Assembly (NCBI GenBank): GCA_050575255.1
Contig: JBNZDD010013443.1
Coordinates: 320,570 to 384,569, forward strand
Length of the DNA stretch: 64,000 nucleotides
Source of the DNA: Harriotta raleighana
Lineage: Eukaryota
Direction of reading: 5' to 3'
The notes under the pieces: model-generated
What the model was told of the DNA's origin: nothing
Databases searched by the model: none
What the model saw: the letters and a program-made list of their open reading frames with translations, nothing else
Program-made: the position numbers and the translations under genes
Shown: one piece after another, positions 51,092 through 64,000 of the stretch
Numbering within the stretch: position 1 is the first letter of the stretch
Layout: every line of letters begins with the position of its first letter

Positions 51092-51460
51092 AGAACATAA
51101 GAATAAGGAGCAGGAGTAGGCCATTCCATCCCTCGAGCCTGCCCTGCCATTCAATAAGATCACGGTTGATCTTCTAATCTAACTTGCCTGCCTTATCCCC
51201 ATATCCCTTAATCCCTTTATCCATAAGATGTCTGTCAATTTCAGTCTTGAATATGTTCAAGGACTGAACATCTACAGCCTTTTGGGGTAGAGAATTCCAT
51301 TAATTCACTACCTCTGAGTGAAGAAGTTTTTCCCGGAACTCAGTGCGAAAAGGCTGACCCCTAATTTTAAAACTATGACTCCTAGTTATAGTTTCTCCAA
51401 TCGGGGGATTCAATTCTCCCATTATCTACTTAATAATCTTATCGGTTTCCATAGGTTGTT
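51092..51460 (-). mobile_element. CR1 3' end
   Basis: AAGAACATAAGAA tail, GGCCATTC...CTCGAGCCTG, GTAGAGAATTCC (WNSLP on the minus strand). Confidence 0.85.
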
Positions 51461-52539
51461 GAAGTTCATATGATCCTCTCAGTAGTACAATATTACCATC
51501 CCATCTCACAATACTCCTGCCACCTTCCTTTAATAGTTTAATTGGTGGGAAGGAGGAGTAGATAACTTAACAGCCCATAAAAGTGTTACTTTATAATACA
51601 CTTCAGCTGTGAAACGCGTAATGTGGGAGTGAGATTAATGTGCTGCAAGGTGGACAGACCAACTTTGTACTGGTGTGAGCTGGAATGTTTACCTCCTCTC
51701 CAAATGATTCATTTTAATTCCATTTATTTCCTATCGCTTGAGTTTTTCTTTTTTGTTGGAAAATTTTTGTTTTACCCTCTACTCTGCTTTTCGGTGCTGT
51801 CTTTCTCAGGTGTTCTTCTCCTCGCTTAATATTTATGCTCCTTTCTTCTCTCACATTTTCTCTGACCTTTTCCTCCCAACCCTTCCCCCTTTTATTCCAT
51901 TCTTTTCCGTTTCTTTCACTGTATTCTTGCAGGCAATGGGTGGTGAGATCAGGCAATGGGCTTAGGAGGAGATGAATGATTTTGCATTGCTCTACAGGAT
52001 GGGTTCAGCCCTAACGTTAATATTTCAATGAGGGATAGGAGTTTGGAGCCATCACACGTCAATGTCTGTGTCATGAAGTTGAGCTTCCCCCCCTTCCCCC
52101 CACCCCATCACCACCCCATGCATCAAAACCTACTATAAACGGATTATGAAGCAAGCACTTTCACCACCTCTACATATCAACTTACCATGACCACTAGACA
52201 ATGTCGGGAGGCAGGCTGATTATGGTAACATCTTAGGACAGCTTAAACTGTTACCAAGGTAACAGTATTCTTTCTTTACTTATCCGATGAATGCTAACCT
52301 GCTGTGAATTTAATGCAATGAGGTATTGACATTTTTAGAAGGTGACCATTCTACACATTATACAGTGGAAATACGTATATAAAATCTTTTGAATTTTTTT
52401 TTCTCTCTCCTACCCTAAAGATGTGTAAATGTCTTTCTTTCCCCTTCTACTGGTGTATGGTTCTAAGGGCAACAGTTGTCAATTGAGAATGAGAACCCTG
52501 GCTGACTTCATCTCTTCCTATCCCAGAGGACACTGAGAT

Positions 52540-52795
52540 TGTTAAAATATTGTGGGGATTCAATAGAATTGATCGAGAGAAACTATTTCCTTTGGTAGTG
52601 GAGTCCACAACAAGGAGGCATACTTTTAAAATTAGAGCTAGGCCATTCAGGAGGTAAATAAATATTTGTGAGGTGTTAGAGTGTTTTTGGCAAGGGCAAG
52701 GGCTGGAAAGTAGACTTGAGGTATAGATTAGCCATGATCCTGTAGAATGGTGGAACAGGCTCGAGGGGGCTGGACAGCCTATCCTTGCTTCTAGG
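52540..52795 (+). mobile_element. CR1 3' fragment
   Basis: AAACTATTTCC...TTAAAATTAGAGCTAGGCCATT...GAATGGTGGAACAGGCTCGAGGGGGC. Confidence 0.75.
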
Positions 52796-53781
52796 TCGAT
52801 GTATCTCTGGGATCTATTTTGGCTCCCAAATGGCTTTCCCAGTTGAAATCAACTAACTCGAGACAGACTGCGATTTAGATCTACAGCCTTTTGTCGCCTG
52901 TGACTCAGTGGTACAGCCTTTTGTCTTCTGTGACTCAGTGCTCACAAGACTTTTATCATTAGATCATCAGCAGAGCTTAACCAAAATATGTTTATTGCCC
53001 AAATTGTGGCAAACGAGCATCTCTCCTGGCGGTCAGAATCACGCTCTTTGTAAATAGGAGGTTCTGATCTTTTTTAAACAAATAACTCACATACTTTACA
53101 TATACATATATGGGTGTGTTTTGCATGACCTTATTTTGAAATACAATTGAGGTGGGCCCACAGAAAGTAGCTTTCTAAACCCACATCTGGATTAATGGCT
53201 GCTCGTGTGTGAAAGAAAACTGTGTCCAGTTCTTGAGATTGGAAAATGCCACACAGATCCAAAAAATTGAAGACAGAACCATGGGGTAAAATTGTGCAAT
53301 ATTCAATAGGGTGAAGGCTGTAAAAGCTATCAGTAGAAGGGTGTGGCTTAGCGTGATACATTTAGAGCATTCCTGACAGAAAAGGACATGATATACAGTT
53401 TCCTCGGGTTATATGGACAAATGTACCAAACAGATACAGAAACTGGAGAATCAAGGTTGCTCAGTAATGAATTAGTATCAACCCTTCAAGTGATCTCATC
53501 TCCTGTGTAGAAGTATCAGTCAAGCAATTTGCAAAAAAATGAATGTTTTGTCATTTATAGTAGTGATTGTTTGCATAATTCTTACAGTTTGTATAACTAC
53601 AGTACTTCTTTTTGAAGCAGTTTTGTATTATAAGAGTAGAAATAGATTCCCAAAGTGAACATAGTGCTGTAACTCTTAAGGAAAGGAGTCGCAAGTGCAA
53701 TTTAACCTGCATTTCTCAATTCTCTGAATAATAATAATGATCCTTAAATTTGACATAATAATTCATCCAATAAAAACCCCA

Positions 53782-53963
53782 CAATAATAAAAATTGGTCA
53801 TTTCAATCCATGACTGTTTATGGGACTCTGCTGTGTGCAATTGGCTACCACATTTCTCCCACAAATATACAGCTAATTCATTTTACAGTATATTCTGTGA
53901 AGCGCTTTGAGATGTCGATAAGATGTGAAATGCGGTATATCAAATGCAAGGATTATTATTATA
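53782..53963 (+). mobile_element. Deu-SINE, 5'-truncated
   Basis: Core and tail. Confidence 0.85.
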
Positions 53964-55066
53964 ACATCTTTCAAATCAGGAGAATGTCTCATAGGATATA
54001 CTATAAAGTATAGTGACTGGATATTATGTGGAAGAACTTGGCAACCAATTTTCGTACAGGTTTGTGCAACTAACAAACTTGGGGTATCACATATAAATGT
54101 CCCGTTTATACAGCATATAACATAGGAAAATATAGCACCATATGGAAAGAAATTTGTTTGACCTTAAGCAAAACCATCTTATTCTAATAACAAGCAATCA
54201 AATGTAACCTCTCTTTAAAACTGATAATATTTCATATGCTTCAAAGTTCCAATGTTATAACCTTGATTAAGTGCCAAAACTAAGTGGGTGTAGACAAGAT
54301 GCCTTGGGCAATGAACATTCCTAGCTAATCTGGTGTCAAGAAAGCACATTACTTGAGCTTGTTTCAAATGTCCTGATGTTGTTAGAATTCCATGAAGGAT
54401 AAGAGATCACCTACCATTGTCCTTTCCTGTTCCACATATAATCTGAAATAGAACGTGAGTTCCATCATTGACTACATTATCTATTACTTTGCAGTCAACG
54501 GCAAGAGCTTGCTTAAATCAACCAGCCATCAAATAAAATCCATTGGATTGGTTAGTAGTTATAACCCTCACTGTAGTAGGAGGGAAGAGTGACCTGTATG
54601 GATTTAGGGACATGTAATAGCTGCCGCAACATGGATTTCATTTTGAACAACATAAGAAAGTGTTTCTGAGACTATACGAAGGGTCACCTCACAGAGATAT
54701 TTTAAAATTAGTAAGTTAAACATGAGTAAACTGTTTCCCTTTATGGTGAGTTGGTAAAGAAGGGGACGGAAATATAAGAGATCTTAAAGAGAGTTTAGGA
54801 GTAACTCCTTTACACATAAGGTGGTGAGAATGTGATATTCACTGCTAGAAGCTATTGTTGAAGGAGAACACTCTTCTCTACTTAATTAAGAGGAAATGCA
54901 GAGTATATAGCAGAGCCCAGGGGGAAACTAGATGTGGGGGAAATTAGGTTGTGTACAGGGTCAAGTGCAGCACAGACTAGTTGGGGCTAATGTCTTTGTT
55001 TGGTGCTGTAGATTGTATGTAATTCAATGTACAGTAATTCTGTGTAAGGTATTCTTAAGTCAATGA

Positions 55067-55472
55067 ATAATAATTATGCATTTGATATAACACCTCATCA
55101 TGTCTTTGAGACATCTTAAGAACAACAATATCAACAAAATTACACTTGGATAGCATCTTTCACATCAGAAAGATGCTTCATAGAATATACTGTAAAGTGA
55201 ATTGACTATATTTTGTGAGTGAAATGCGGTAGCCATTTGCACACTGCTCACAAACAGGCATGGATTGAGTGATTAAATTGTTCGTTTTTTAAGTGATCAT
55301 TACATTCCAGTAAAAGCAATCTGCCAATCGACTAATAAACTGGTTCCTACTTACTGCTAGGTAAAGAGAGTGGAGTAAGGAAACTTGCCCAATGTTTTAC
55401 CCTGCCTGGGAATTGAACCCAGGTCCTCTTGCTTGCGAAACGAGTGCTCTAACCACTGAGCTACAGGACTCC
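55067..55472 (-). mobile_element. Deu-SINE, long variant, with nested L2 tail
   Basis: Head ends GGACTCC at 55472; extra segment at 55308-55370; AACAACAA...AAAATTACA L2-type tail inserted at ~55120-55175. Confidence 0.85.
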
Positions 55473-55651
55473 ACAAACTTTGGAGGTCTGAAATTCTCAC
55501 AGCCTTAACAGATATTGTGTTGAAATGCAAGTGTATGTAGCTTTTTAAATTACTGCAGTAAAGTGGTTCCAAATACAGACTGAAGTTAAGATTTTTCTCA
55601 AATCTTTCGAATTTAGAAATTTAAAATGATGACTGTACAGTTTGAATCACT

Positions 55652-56025
55652 AAGAACCTAAGAACATATGAATAAGGAGTAAGAATAGGCCATTTGGCCC
55701 CTCAAGCTTGCCTTGCCATTCAATAAGATCATAGCTGATCTTCTAATCTAACTGCACCTACCCGCCTTGTCCCCACATCTCTTAATCTCTTTATCCATAA
55801 GAAATCTGTTAATTTCAGTCTTTAATATGGTCAAAGACTGAGCATCTACAGCTTTTTGGAGTAGAGAATTCCATAAATTCACTACCCACTGAGTGAAGAA
55901 GTTCAATTAGAGCTGACCCCTAATCTTAAGATCATGACCCCTAGTTATAGTTTCTCCAACCAGGGTAAACAGTCTCCCACTCTCTATTCTGACATGCTCC
56001 TTCATAATCTTATAGGTTTCTATAA
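55652..56025 (-). mobile_element. CR1 3' end
   Basis: Colinear with 51092-51460. Confidence 0.85.
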
Positions 56026-56899
56026 TTGGCAGATTTTCACTGAACCCCACCATGTTTGTAAGTAGAAAGATCATCTCTTCTAACGAGACATTAATCCTGG
56101 AGAATGCAGATGTGTGAACGATAACATATTTAAGAAGATTATTTACCTTTAAAAAGGGAATAATTTATGTGGGGAAGATATTTTCACTTCAAGTTATGCA
56201 ATCCTCTACATATCAAATTTATTCCCCTCTGGACATTAGTGTATTGAATTTCTCAGTTTGGAATTTTGTATTGTACAATGTGCTTTTAAATGTTAATGGA
56301 ACAAAAAAGAATAAAGTTATTCAACATTCTCAAACTGAAAACTTTCACCCGAAGGAGGATGTTTGCGTGGCTATGTACTTTCAGTACAATTCAAATGGAT
56401 CGCTTCTCATCCAATTTTATTTCTAAAGCAGAAGAAGTCATCTTGTGGGGATGTATTACTCAGATAGTGTGTTAATAGGTCTACCTCTAGCTAACTGTCG
56501 TGAGTATGGGACCTGACCTAACTGTGGGACGTCCTCCCGATGTGAACGGCGCTCTATTGATGTAATTTTGTTGTTGTTGTTGTCTACAGCCTCATTCTTA
56601 TCCCATCCTACTCTCCTCAACATTGGGACTTAGAATTCATATAGTTATCTGAATTGAGACTTCAGTGCAGTACTGGGGTATTTGTTGGGTTGTTGAAGGT
56701 ATCATTGGGAGGCTTGTATTCCATTGAGTTTTGAAGGTTGAAGGGTGATCCAACCTAGTGGTCCAGGACGTTGCATTGCATGAAGGGCACTATCTAAATG
56801 TAAATTGTTGTTGATGATTTAATTGTTTAAGTGTTTAATATGATAGAGGTATCTTACAAATGTTCCAATGACAAGATAGTGCGCTAACTCAAATGTAGC

Positions 56900-57210
56900 T
56901 TTTTAAGTGATCATTACACCCCAGGAAAAGCAATCTGCCAATCAACTAACAACCTGGTTCCTACCTACTGCTCGGTAAACAGAGATGTGTGGAGTAAAGA
57001 AACTTTCTCAACGTTTCACCCTGCCTGGGAATCAAACCCAGGTTCTCTCGCTTGCGAGACAAGAGCTCTAACCACTGAGCTCCAGGACTCCACAAATTTT
57101 AGAGGTCTGAAATTCTCACAGCTTAACAGATATTGTGTTGACATGTAAGATTATGCAGTTCCTAAAAATAACTACAGTAAAGCGCTTCCAAATTCAGACT
57201 GAAGTTAAGA
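56900..57210 (+). repeat. Diverged local duplicate of 55286-55591 (SINE 5' half plus ~120 bp flank)
   Basis: Shared non-SINE flank GAGGTCTGAAATTCTCACAGC...CAGACTGAAGTTAAGA. Confidence 0.85.
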
Positions 57211-57234
57211 AATGCAAAGATTATTGTTATTATA

Positions 57235-57555
57235 AAGTAGCTTGATAGGGTATATAGGGAAACAATTTCGTTTGGTGGGGAAATCCAGAACAAGAAGGCA
57301 TAATCTTAAAATTAGAGCAAGGCCATTTAGGAGTGAAATTTTAGGAATATGAAATGGTAATCTGGAACTCTGTCCCTCAAAAGGCTGCTAGGTCAATTTA
57401 AATTTCAAGACTGAAGTTGATAGATTTTTGTTAGTTAAGGGTATCAAGGGATATGGGGCAAAAGCAGAAAAATGGAGTCGAGAAACACATCAGTCATGAT
57501 CAAATAGAATGGCGGGACAGCCTCAAGGGGCTAAACTGCCTATTCCTGGGCCTGT
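57235..57555 (+). mobile_element. CR1 3' end
   Basis: TCTGGAACTCTGTCCCTCAAAAGGCTG (WNS.P), TTTCAAGACTGAAGTTGATAGATTTTTG, and 3' UTR. Confidence 0.8.
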
Positions 57556-57628
57556 GATCTGATTAAAGGGAGAAGCAAGTTCCTCCAAGTATCCTAGCCA
57601 ACGATTCTCCCAAATCGCTTCATTGTGT

Positions 57629-57912
57629 GGAGCCCTGCAGCTCAGTAGTTAGAGCACTCACCTTACAAGTGGGAGTCATGGGTTCAATTCCAGGCAAGGG
57701 AAAACCTTGGGCAAGTTTCCTTACTCCACACATCCAATAATAATCTCTCAAAAAATGCTCATTTCAATCCACAACTGTGGAATATTGCTGTGCACAATTG
57801 GCTGCCGCATTTTGCCCACATATATAGTCAATTCACTTTACACTATATTGTGTGAAGATGTCTAGAAGATGTAAAAAGTGCCATATCAAAATGCAAGAAT
57901 GACTATTATTGT
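57629..57912 (+). mobile_element. Full-length Deu-SINE
   Basis: GGAGCCCTGCAGCTCAGTAGTTAGAGC head. Confidence 0.9.
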
Positions 57913-58463
57913 TGCTGAAATTGGTTGCCACAACTGCGATGCAGATATTGCTTTTATGAAGGATAAGCATATTAAACACTTGAAAAGAATTGGAAATGTG
58001 GTGGGTTTCAAGTGCATGAAATAACAATAACATATTTATTGTTTACCTTAAATGTAGCTATATCGATAGCTGGCATTAAACTGTCTGGTTGTGTTGGCAT
58101 TGATTTCTTCTTTTACTTGCCAGCACTCCCTCGCGCCAAGTATTGCAACACTTAACTTATAGCACATTTTTAACTTATAGACAACTTGACAACTAGCTCA
58201 GAGAAAATATGCACTCAAACAGTTAGAGCCTGTTGGAATCCTTCCCATTTCCTTTAAGGGTCAGATTTGGCAACAACATGGGAACAACCACAACGTTGTT
58301 TTCTTGGTCGTGCATTTCTCCCTCCCCCAACCTGGATGGAGGGGGCAACTCATAGCCAGAAAATGTTTAACTTGTTATCCTGGATGCAGTGATCTCTCAG
58401 AGGGGGTGGATTGGGTGGGATGAAAAACCATGTTCAGTCAGGTGTGCCTTCAGACATAGTAGT

Positions 58464-58790
58464 GGAGCTCCTGTAGCTCAGTGGTGAGAGCACTCGCCTT
58501 ACAAGCTTTTGAATCCAAGCAGATTGGGCAAGTTTCCTTACTCCACACACACACACACACACACACACAGACGCACACACCTCATAATAATTTATCCCCT
58601 GAAAATCCACAATAATAAAAATTGGTCATTTCAATCCATGACTGTTTGTGAATAATGATGTGAAGCAATTGGCTGCCAAGTTTCGTCCACACATATACAA
58701 TCAATTCACTGATCCTTATATTCTGTGAAGCGCTTTGAGACATCGATAAGATGTGAAAAGCGCTATATCAAAGGCAAGTATTATTATTAT
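58464..58790 (+). mobile_element. Deu-SINE with internal (CA)n expansion
   Basis: Family head and tail; (CA)n at 58545-58580. Confidence 0.9.
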
Positions 58791-61319
58791 AGCACTGTAC
58801 TTTCCAGCAGCAATTGCAAAATAGGGATCAGTGGCAAGAATCCTGGCTGTTTTTCTCACCCTCTTTCCAATTGTAGATTCCCACTCATTCCATTGTCTTA
58901 CTGAGATCATCTAACTCAGCACAGATCGGTAATTAAGCATCCAACTTTCCGTGTTCATATTATATCAGACAGCACTTGAACACAGGAGAATTCAGTACAG
59001 TTGGGTTGGCCTTGATATAGTTGTAGTGATGCTAGCAGCAGGTTCTGTTCAGATGATAGATGCCAATATGCCAATAAGAAATTTATCCTCTGTCTGCCAG
59101 TGATAGACCTGCAGTTGACAGTACTTCACTCCAGTCTTGTGTAACTCAAAGCATTCTTCCCAGACAGAAGTTTGGGAGTGCATGAGGGTTGATTCTCTGA
59201 TCTTTGTAAAATGTACTGCCCTTGACTCACCAATGGGTGAATTATCAACCAACGGGAGAGTCCGGCTGAATATACTGCCAAAATCAGTCTTAAGGAAGCA
59301 CCTCCAAAACACTGCTCACATGTTTCACAGTTCAGAGTGGACATAGTCGAATAATAATAATTCCATACACCACATTTTCCTGAAATCCATCACATCATTA
59401 ACCATTTGCATAGTTTTTTTAAAAAAATAGAGGTAACACTCTATCCATTATCAATATACACTTATAAAATGGTGTTTACATCAATCAGTTGGACAACTCA
59501 ACCTACTTGACATCACTTGGTCAAACAAGCTGAGGGCATTGGGAGGGGAAGGGATGAGGGAAAGATGATTGAAAGTCCATTAAAAGGTAGGTTTTGAGCT
59601 GGGGGATGGGAGGAAATGAATTGGAAGAGCTTCAGGGATGGAGTTCCAGAGAGGGAGGCAGAATATCTGAAAGCCATGGGGCATGACAAAGGATAAAATA
59701 GTAGATTTTATGGGGGGTTTTTATGTCTGCTACAGTATATGTTGGCCTCGTACTACCACAGTATCAAATTTTGTTGGTATCATCACAAGTGTCATTGACA
59801 TTTGATAATAAGGTTGTGGCATTTCCTAATCTCTCATCATAAGTATGGAATGCAAAGATCGCTACAGTTAGGAAAGAAACCTTGGTTTGGTCACAAAATT
59901 CACAGAACTCAGTAAAAATTAATACTGAGATTGTGGTACAAGTGGTAAAGGAGGTCTTATTTGGATGCACTGAAATGCACACTTTTTGCATTAAATGTGC
60001 AGAATTTTGCCCTGAGCAAGTTCAGAACTACAATTCCTGCTCATCATCATGTTATGTTGCCTGTCCCAACCTGCTCGCAACAACCACTGCATAAATAAAG
60101 GATTATGAAAGATTTTGTCTCTACCATATTCTCGACATCAGTTCTTGACAAGATGGTTTCAGGTTGAATCCTTCCTCCGTATTGAAGTTCATTGTTATTC
60201 AGAATAACAATACTGTATTACAAGATTGGAGTACAGTTCCAAGTTTTCTGACCTGGGTTGGAGCTGGGGGTGAGAGCTGAACTGGCTCCAAGGTGACATA
60301 TTTGACAACGGAAAATCTGTATCAAGCCAACTTTCTGTGACCGTCTCGGTAGACCAGTTCCTGAGCCAGGCAAATCGGCAGACCTCCAGAGCATTGCTGA
60401 GGACAGCCTGGCTCATCGGCAGGACTCAGAAAGGCAGACTGGTCACTGGGAGCACTGTTTCTGTTCACCCCGCAAGCCAAAACCCTAATGGGTTGGGTGG
60501 TCCTAGCTGGATAAACAGTGGAAAAGCTTGCCAGATATATTTACCAGAATCTAGATATCTAGAGTCAAAATGTAGGGCAGTATCAGAGGAGGTTCCAAGC
60601 ATTCTGTAGATGACCATCTGATGAATGTTAATGGAGAGATTAATGGAAAGATTTAGTTTTTATAAATATTTTATTTTTCTTATGCTTGATCTGTAAAGTC
60701 AATTAGAAACCCAAGTTGACATAAATTGGTCAATTCAGATGCTAGATCAGTCAAGCCAATGAGTTCTTAATTACTCTATTACTGAAGTTTCATCTGCCAC
60801 AAGAGGATTTTATTTTTTAAAAATTAAGAACTTTTGCCTCAGTATTAGAGATGAGATATCACTATGGAAAAGATTAAATTTCAGCCTCAGGTCTTTCACT
60901 GAAGCTAAATGGGATTTGCTATGAATCTTATGTCTGCATTGTTACCATAGAAACCCTGTCCAAATTACTACGTTTTTTTGAGCAAATCGGAAATCCTGTG
61001 CTATCTGGAAACCAAGGCTTTTAAACATCAACTTTATCCATTTCACGAAAGTGCAGGACCTCATCTAAAGCTACATTATAAGGCAGTATCACCATCAAGA
61101 TGAAAACAATCCTTGGTTTGGTTTGAGATTGCAATCCCTAACTCCTATAATGCTCAGTCTATTTTTTTCTGGGCTCTCTAACTGATGGCTCAGTGACAAG
61201 AATCCAGCAATCAGTCCTTGTATTTCATACAGCGCCTGATCGGGTCGTTGAGGCAGCTGTAAGCACTTCAAAGTCCTATAAAGTGGATTCACTCTGTGTT
61301 TTGTGGGAGAAATGCAGTA

Positions 61320-61535
61320 CAGGTAAAACGTCGATAATCCAGCACAGTTGGGACCCAGCACTTCCCGGATGTCGGAGTTTGCCACTATTTGGAAACCTAG
61401 CCTAGCCCAACATTGCATAACTATACCAATGTTTTATTTACCCAATATAGTTTTATGTGTTATTTAACATGATTTGCATGTAAAAATACCTAAGTACTGT
61501 ATATAAAGAAATAAGTGTTATGACTTGAAAATAAA
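61320..61535. mobile_element. Partial Tigger-like element (one end) abutting a SINE fragment
   Basis: TA|CAGGTAAAACGTCGATAATCCAGCAC resembles the other TIRs; no partner TIR found. Confidence 0.5.
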
Positions 61536-61536
61536 T

Positions 61537-61900
61537 CAACAACAGCAAAATTACCCATGTCTAGGGACTTCCACGTCAGGAGGACACCTCCAGGCGCTGA
61601 ACAATCATTGTTTCAGACCCGAGCTGGGGTCGGGGATGGGGAAGGTGGAGGGAAACAGAGGGATTTGGGGTGACTGATGGAATTGTCGAAGAGGAGAGAC
61701 TTGAGGCGGGACTTGAAGGAGGCTAGGGACGGGGCCGAGGTGGTGGGACTGCCGGATGGAGTTCCAGAGGTTGGGGGCAGAGTGGCTGAAGACTCGCCCA
61801 CCAATGATGCCTTGAGGGTTCGGAGATGGCTGGTGTACCAGGAGGAGTTATGGGAGTAAGAGGCAGTTCGGGAGGTGAAGGGGACAAAGGAGTCGAGGAT
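61537..61900 (-). mobile_element. L2 3' end
   Basis: FKSRLKSLLFD, GGAGTTCCAGAG, (CAA)n tail. Confidence 0.85.
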
Positions 61901-64000
61901 GGAGAAGAGAGGGCAAAGAGATTAGTGAGAGCCAGAGGAGCAGGAGTTCAGACGACTGTAGGGCAGCAGAGAGTGAGAACCATTCCATGTATTTCCTTCC
62001 TCTCTGTTTTGTGAAACAGCAAGCCTGATGAGATGAAATGAACAGCAACTTGCATTTCATGGTACAATTCACACAGGTATTATCCCGGAGGGTTTCATGG
62101 TAGCAGAGTCTGTCAATGAGCCAATGAGCCATGAGGGGGAGAGGTGACAAATAAAAATATTCAGATGGTTCACACAGAACAGAAACCATGCTTTGAGTGC
62201 AAGGCTGCCCAAACTTGTACAAACAGGTTATACTACAACACTAATTGAAGTAATTACTCAGTCTGTAAGCATTTGGTTTCCCATATGCACATATTTTTTG
62301 AACACTGCCAATCGCATCAGGTTTACAATATAAACCTGAGGGCATTAAGTGTCCTGTCTCTGGAAGCCAAGCAAGGAAACAACAAGATAGACAGCCCATT
62401 CTGAATGTGCAGTTGTCTTTCCTTGGGACAGGTTACTCCCTAGACCAGTAATGAACTTTTGGCATTGGAAGCAATGCACTCAACCTTCCCCTATGATCAG
62501 TGATAACATTGAAATGACCTAAACCTGCTCTATAATGTTCTGGAAGATAATTGTATCAAGAATATGACAGCTCAGCAGCAGCTTTAATTGCTTTCCAAAA
62601 TCTTCCCATCTTCAAAAAAGACCAATTATTTCTTAAGTGCAATCTTGTGTAAGAATCCATATTTATAGCAGGATTTTTTTTTGGGGGGGGCGGGGGGCTT
62701 AAATCATCTTTTAAAACATGGGAGCTATTTGTATTAGTGTGGTCCCATAATCAGATCATTGACCAATTCAGCTGGAGGATTGTGGCCAGGACACTTAGAG
62801 AAACTCCATTCTCTTGATAATCCTAGCCTGCGCTTTTCACAAAGGGAGAACATCTCAAAGTGCTTCACACTGTAATACAAGTGTAATGACTGTGTATTAT
62901 GAGGATGAATTTTCTAATAGTATAATGGTTTCATCTATTGTACACCCGAAAAATAGGCCTACTTAACCATGGTTTAATATTTCATCCAAAACACACGTAG
63001 GCTATTTTACCCACTCAGATTCAGTAAATACACCTCACTCCCTCTGGTTGAAGCAGGTCACCTATTTTTTCTGACATGTGCAGCATTTCATTGAAATGAG
63101 TTACCTCTTGTGATCTCTATTTTTTTTAAGATAATCTTTGTTTCGAGGAATTTGTTTATTCAGTGTCATTAATTTTACAACACAATAGCAAACATAATAC
63201 ACGTGGAAATTGGGCTGTTTAGAAGTAGGTTGCCAGATACTATATCTGCCGGTTAGTCTATACAGAAGCAGTATTTTCGATGATTTGAGATAAGAAAACA
63301 TAAAGTAAATTTAAAAGCTGCACTGGAGGCTCCTTAGATATTGTCTTTCCGAAGTAGATTTTTTTTAAAATATCAGAAAAGGAGCGCCTCAGGCAATAAT
63401 TACCTGATCTATGCAAAGCAATTTACAGTATATAGTCATAAGAAGATGATATATATTGCATATTCTTTTGTCTTTTTTCTTAATCTCCTTGGCCACATTA
63501 AGGAAGACATGGAAGACGAGACACAGAGTGATTTGTGCATTACTTCAGCCAAAATTGTCATTACATAATTGCCTGCGGAGGTCTAAGACTGTGCAGCATT
63601 TGTTCTGCTGCAAAAAGGTTTCTGTTGACATAGAGTCTACCTTAACACCTCATATTAATCCATCTTTAGATTTCCATGTTCCGCAAAGTCTCCTTCGTGA
63701 TGTGTTTGAGATAAAGAACACTTTGCCAGTGATACTCGTTTGAAATAGAACATTGGAGACAGAAGACTCAATAGCTTAGCAATTACTTCATCCGAGGCTC
63801 TAAACAAATGGGAATTTTGCCCAGATTAATAAAACACTTCATGTTTCATGCCTCTTGTTGTCACGGCTTTTTGAATGATGTGACTTTTGTTCATTATTCC
63901 ACCATGTCCCAAAATTGCTTGCTGCTTCTCCTCCTGCTGGGCTCTTGAGTATTTCTCGAGTATCTGCACCTCGACTCTGTGGTATAGTTCTGGATGGGAT

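Noticed and set aside
1-64000. Strand bias of SINE/LINE insertions as a clue to host gene direction
   Set aside because: Both orientations are common; I saw no convincing bias by eye.

Overview
This is AT-rich, repeat-dense vertebrate non-coding DNA (a gene desert or a large intron). The repeat content points to a cartilaginous fish, most likely a holocephalan such as Callorhinchus; this is an inference from the repeats only. I can support no host protein-coding gene, functional RNA gene or CRISPR array. Every recognisable ORF is LINE-derived (CR1 RT, L2 endonuclease and C-terminus). The window holds roughly 30 copies or fragments of a tRNA-headed Deu-domain SINE with an L2-type tail, many L2 and CR1 3' ends, and ancient AmnSINE-like relics. 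It also holds several TA-flanked Tc1/mariner (Tigger/pogo-like) MITEs, one unclassified MITE, Penelope-like palindromic termini, real local duplications, and two haplotype-overlap assembly artefacts at single-N gaps. The best leads are: a probably full-length young single-ORF L2 whose body is hidden in a 58-N gap; an inverted MITE pair bracketing unique enhancer-like DNA; decayed hammerhead-like cores; a diverged local triplication; CNE-like islands; and one minus-strand candidate exon. Family names are assigned from remembered consensus features, not from a database search, and boundaries of old repeats are approximate.
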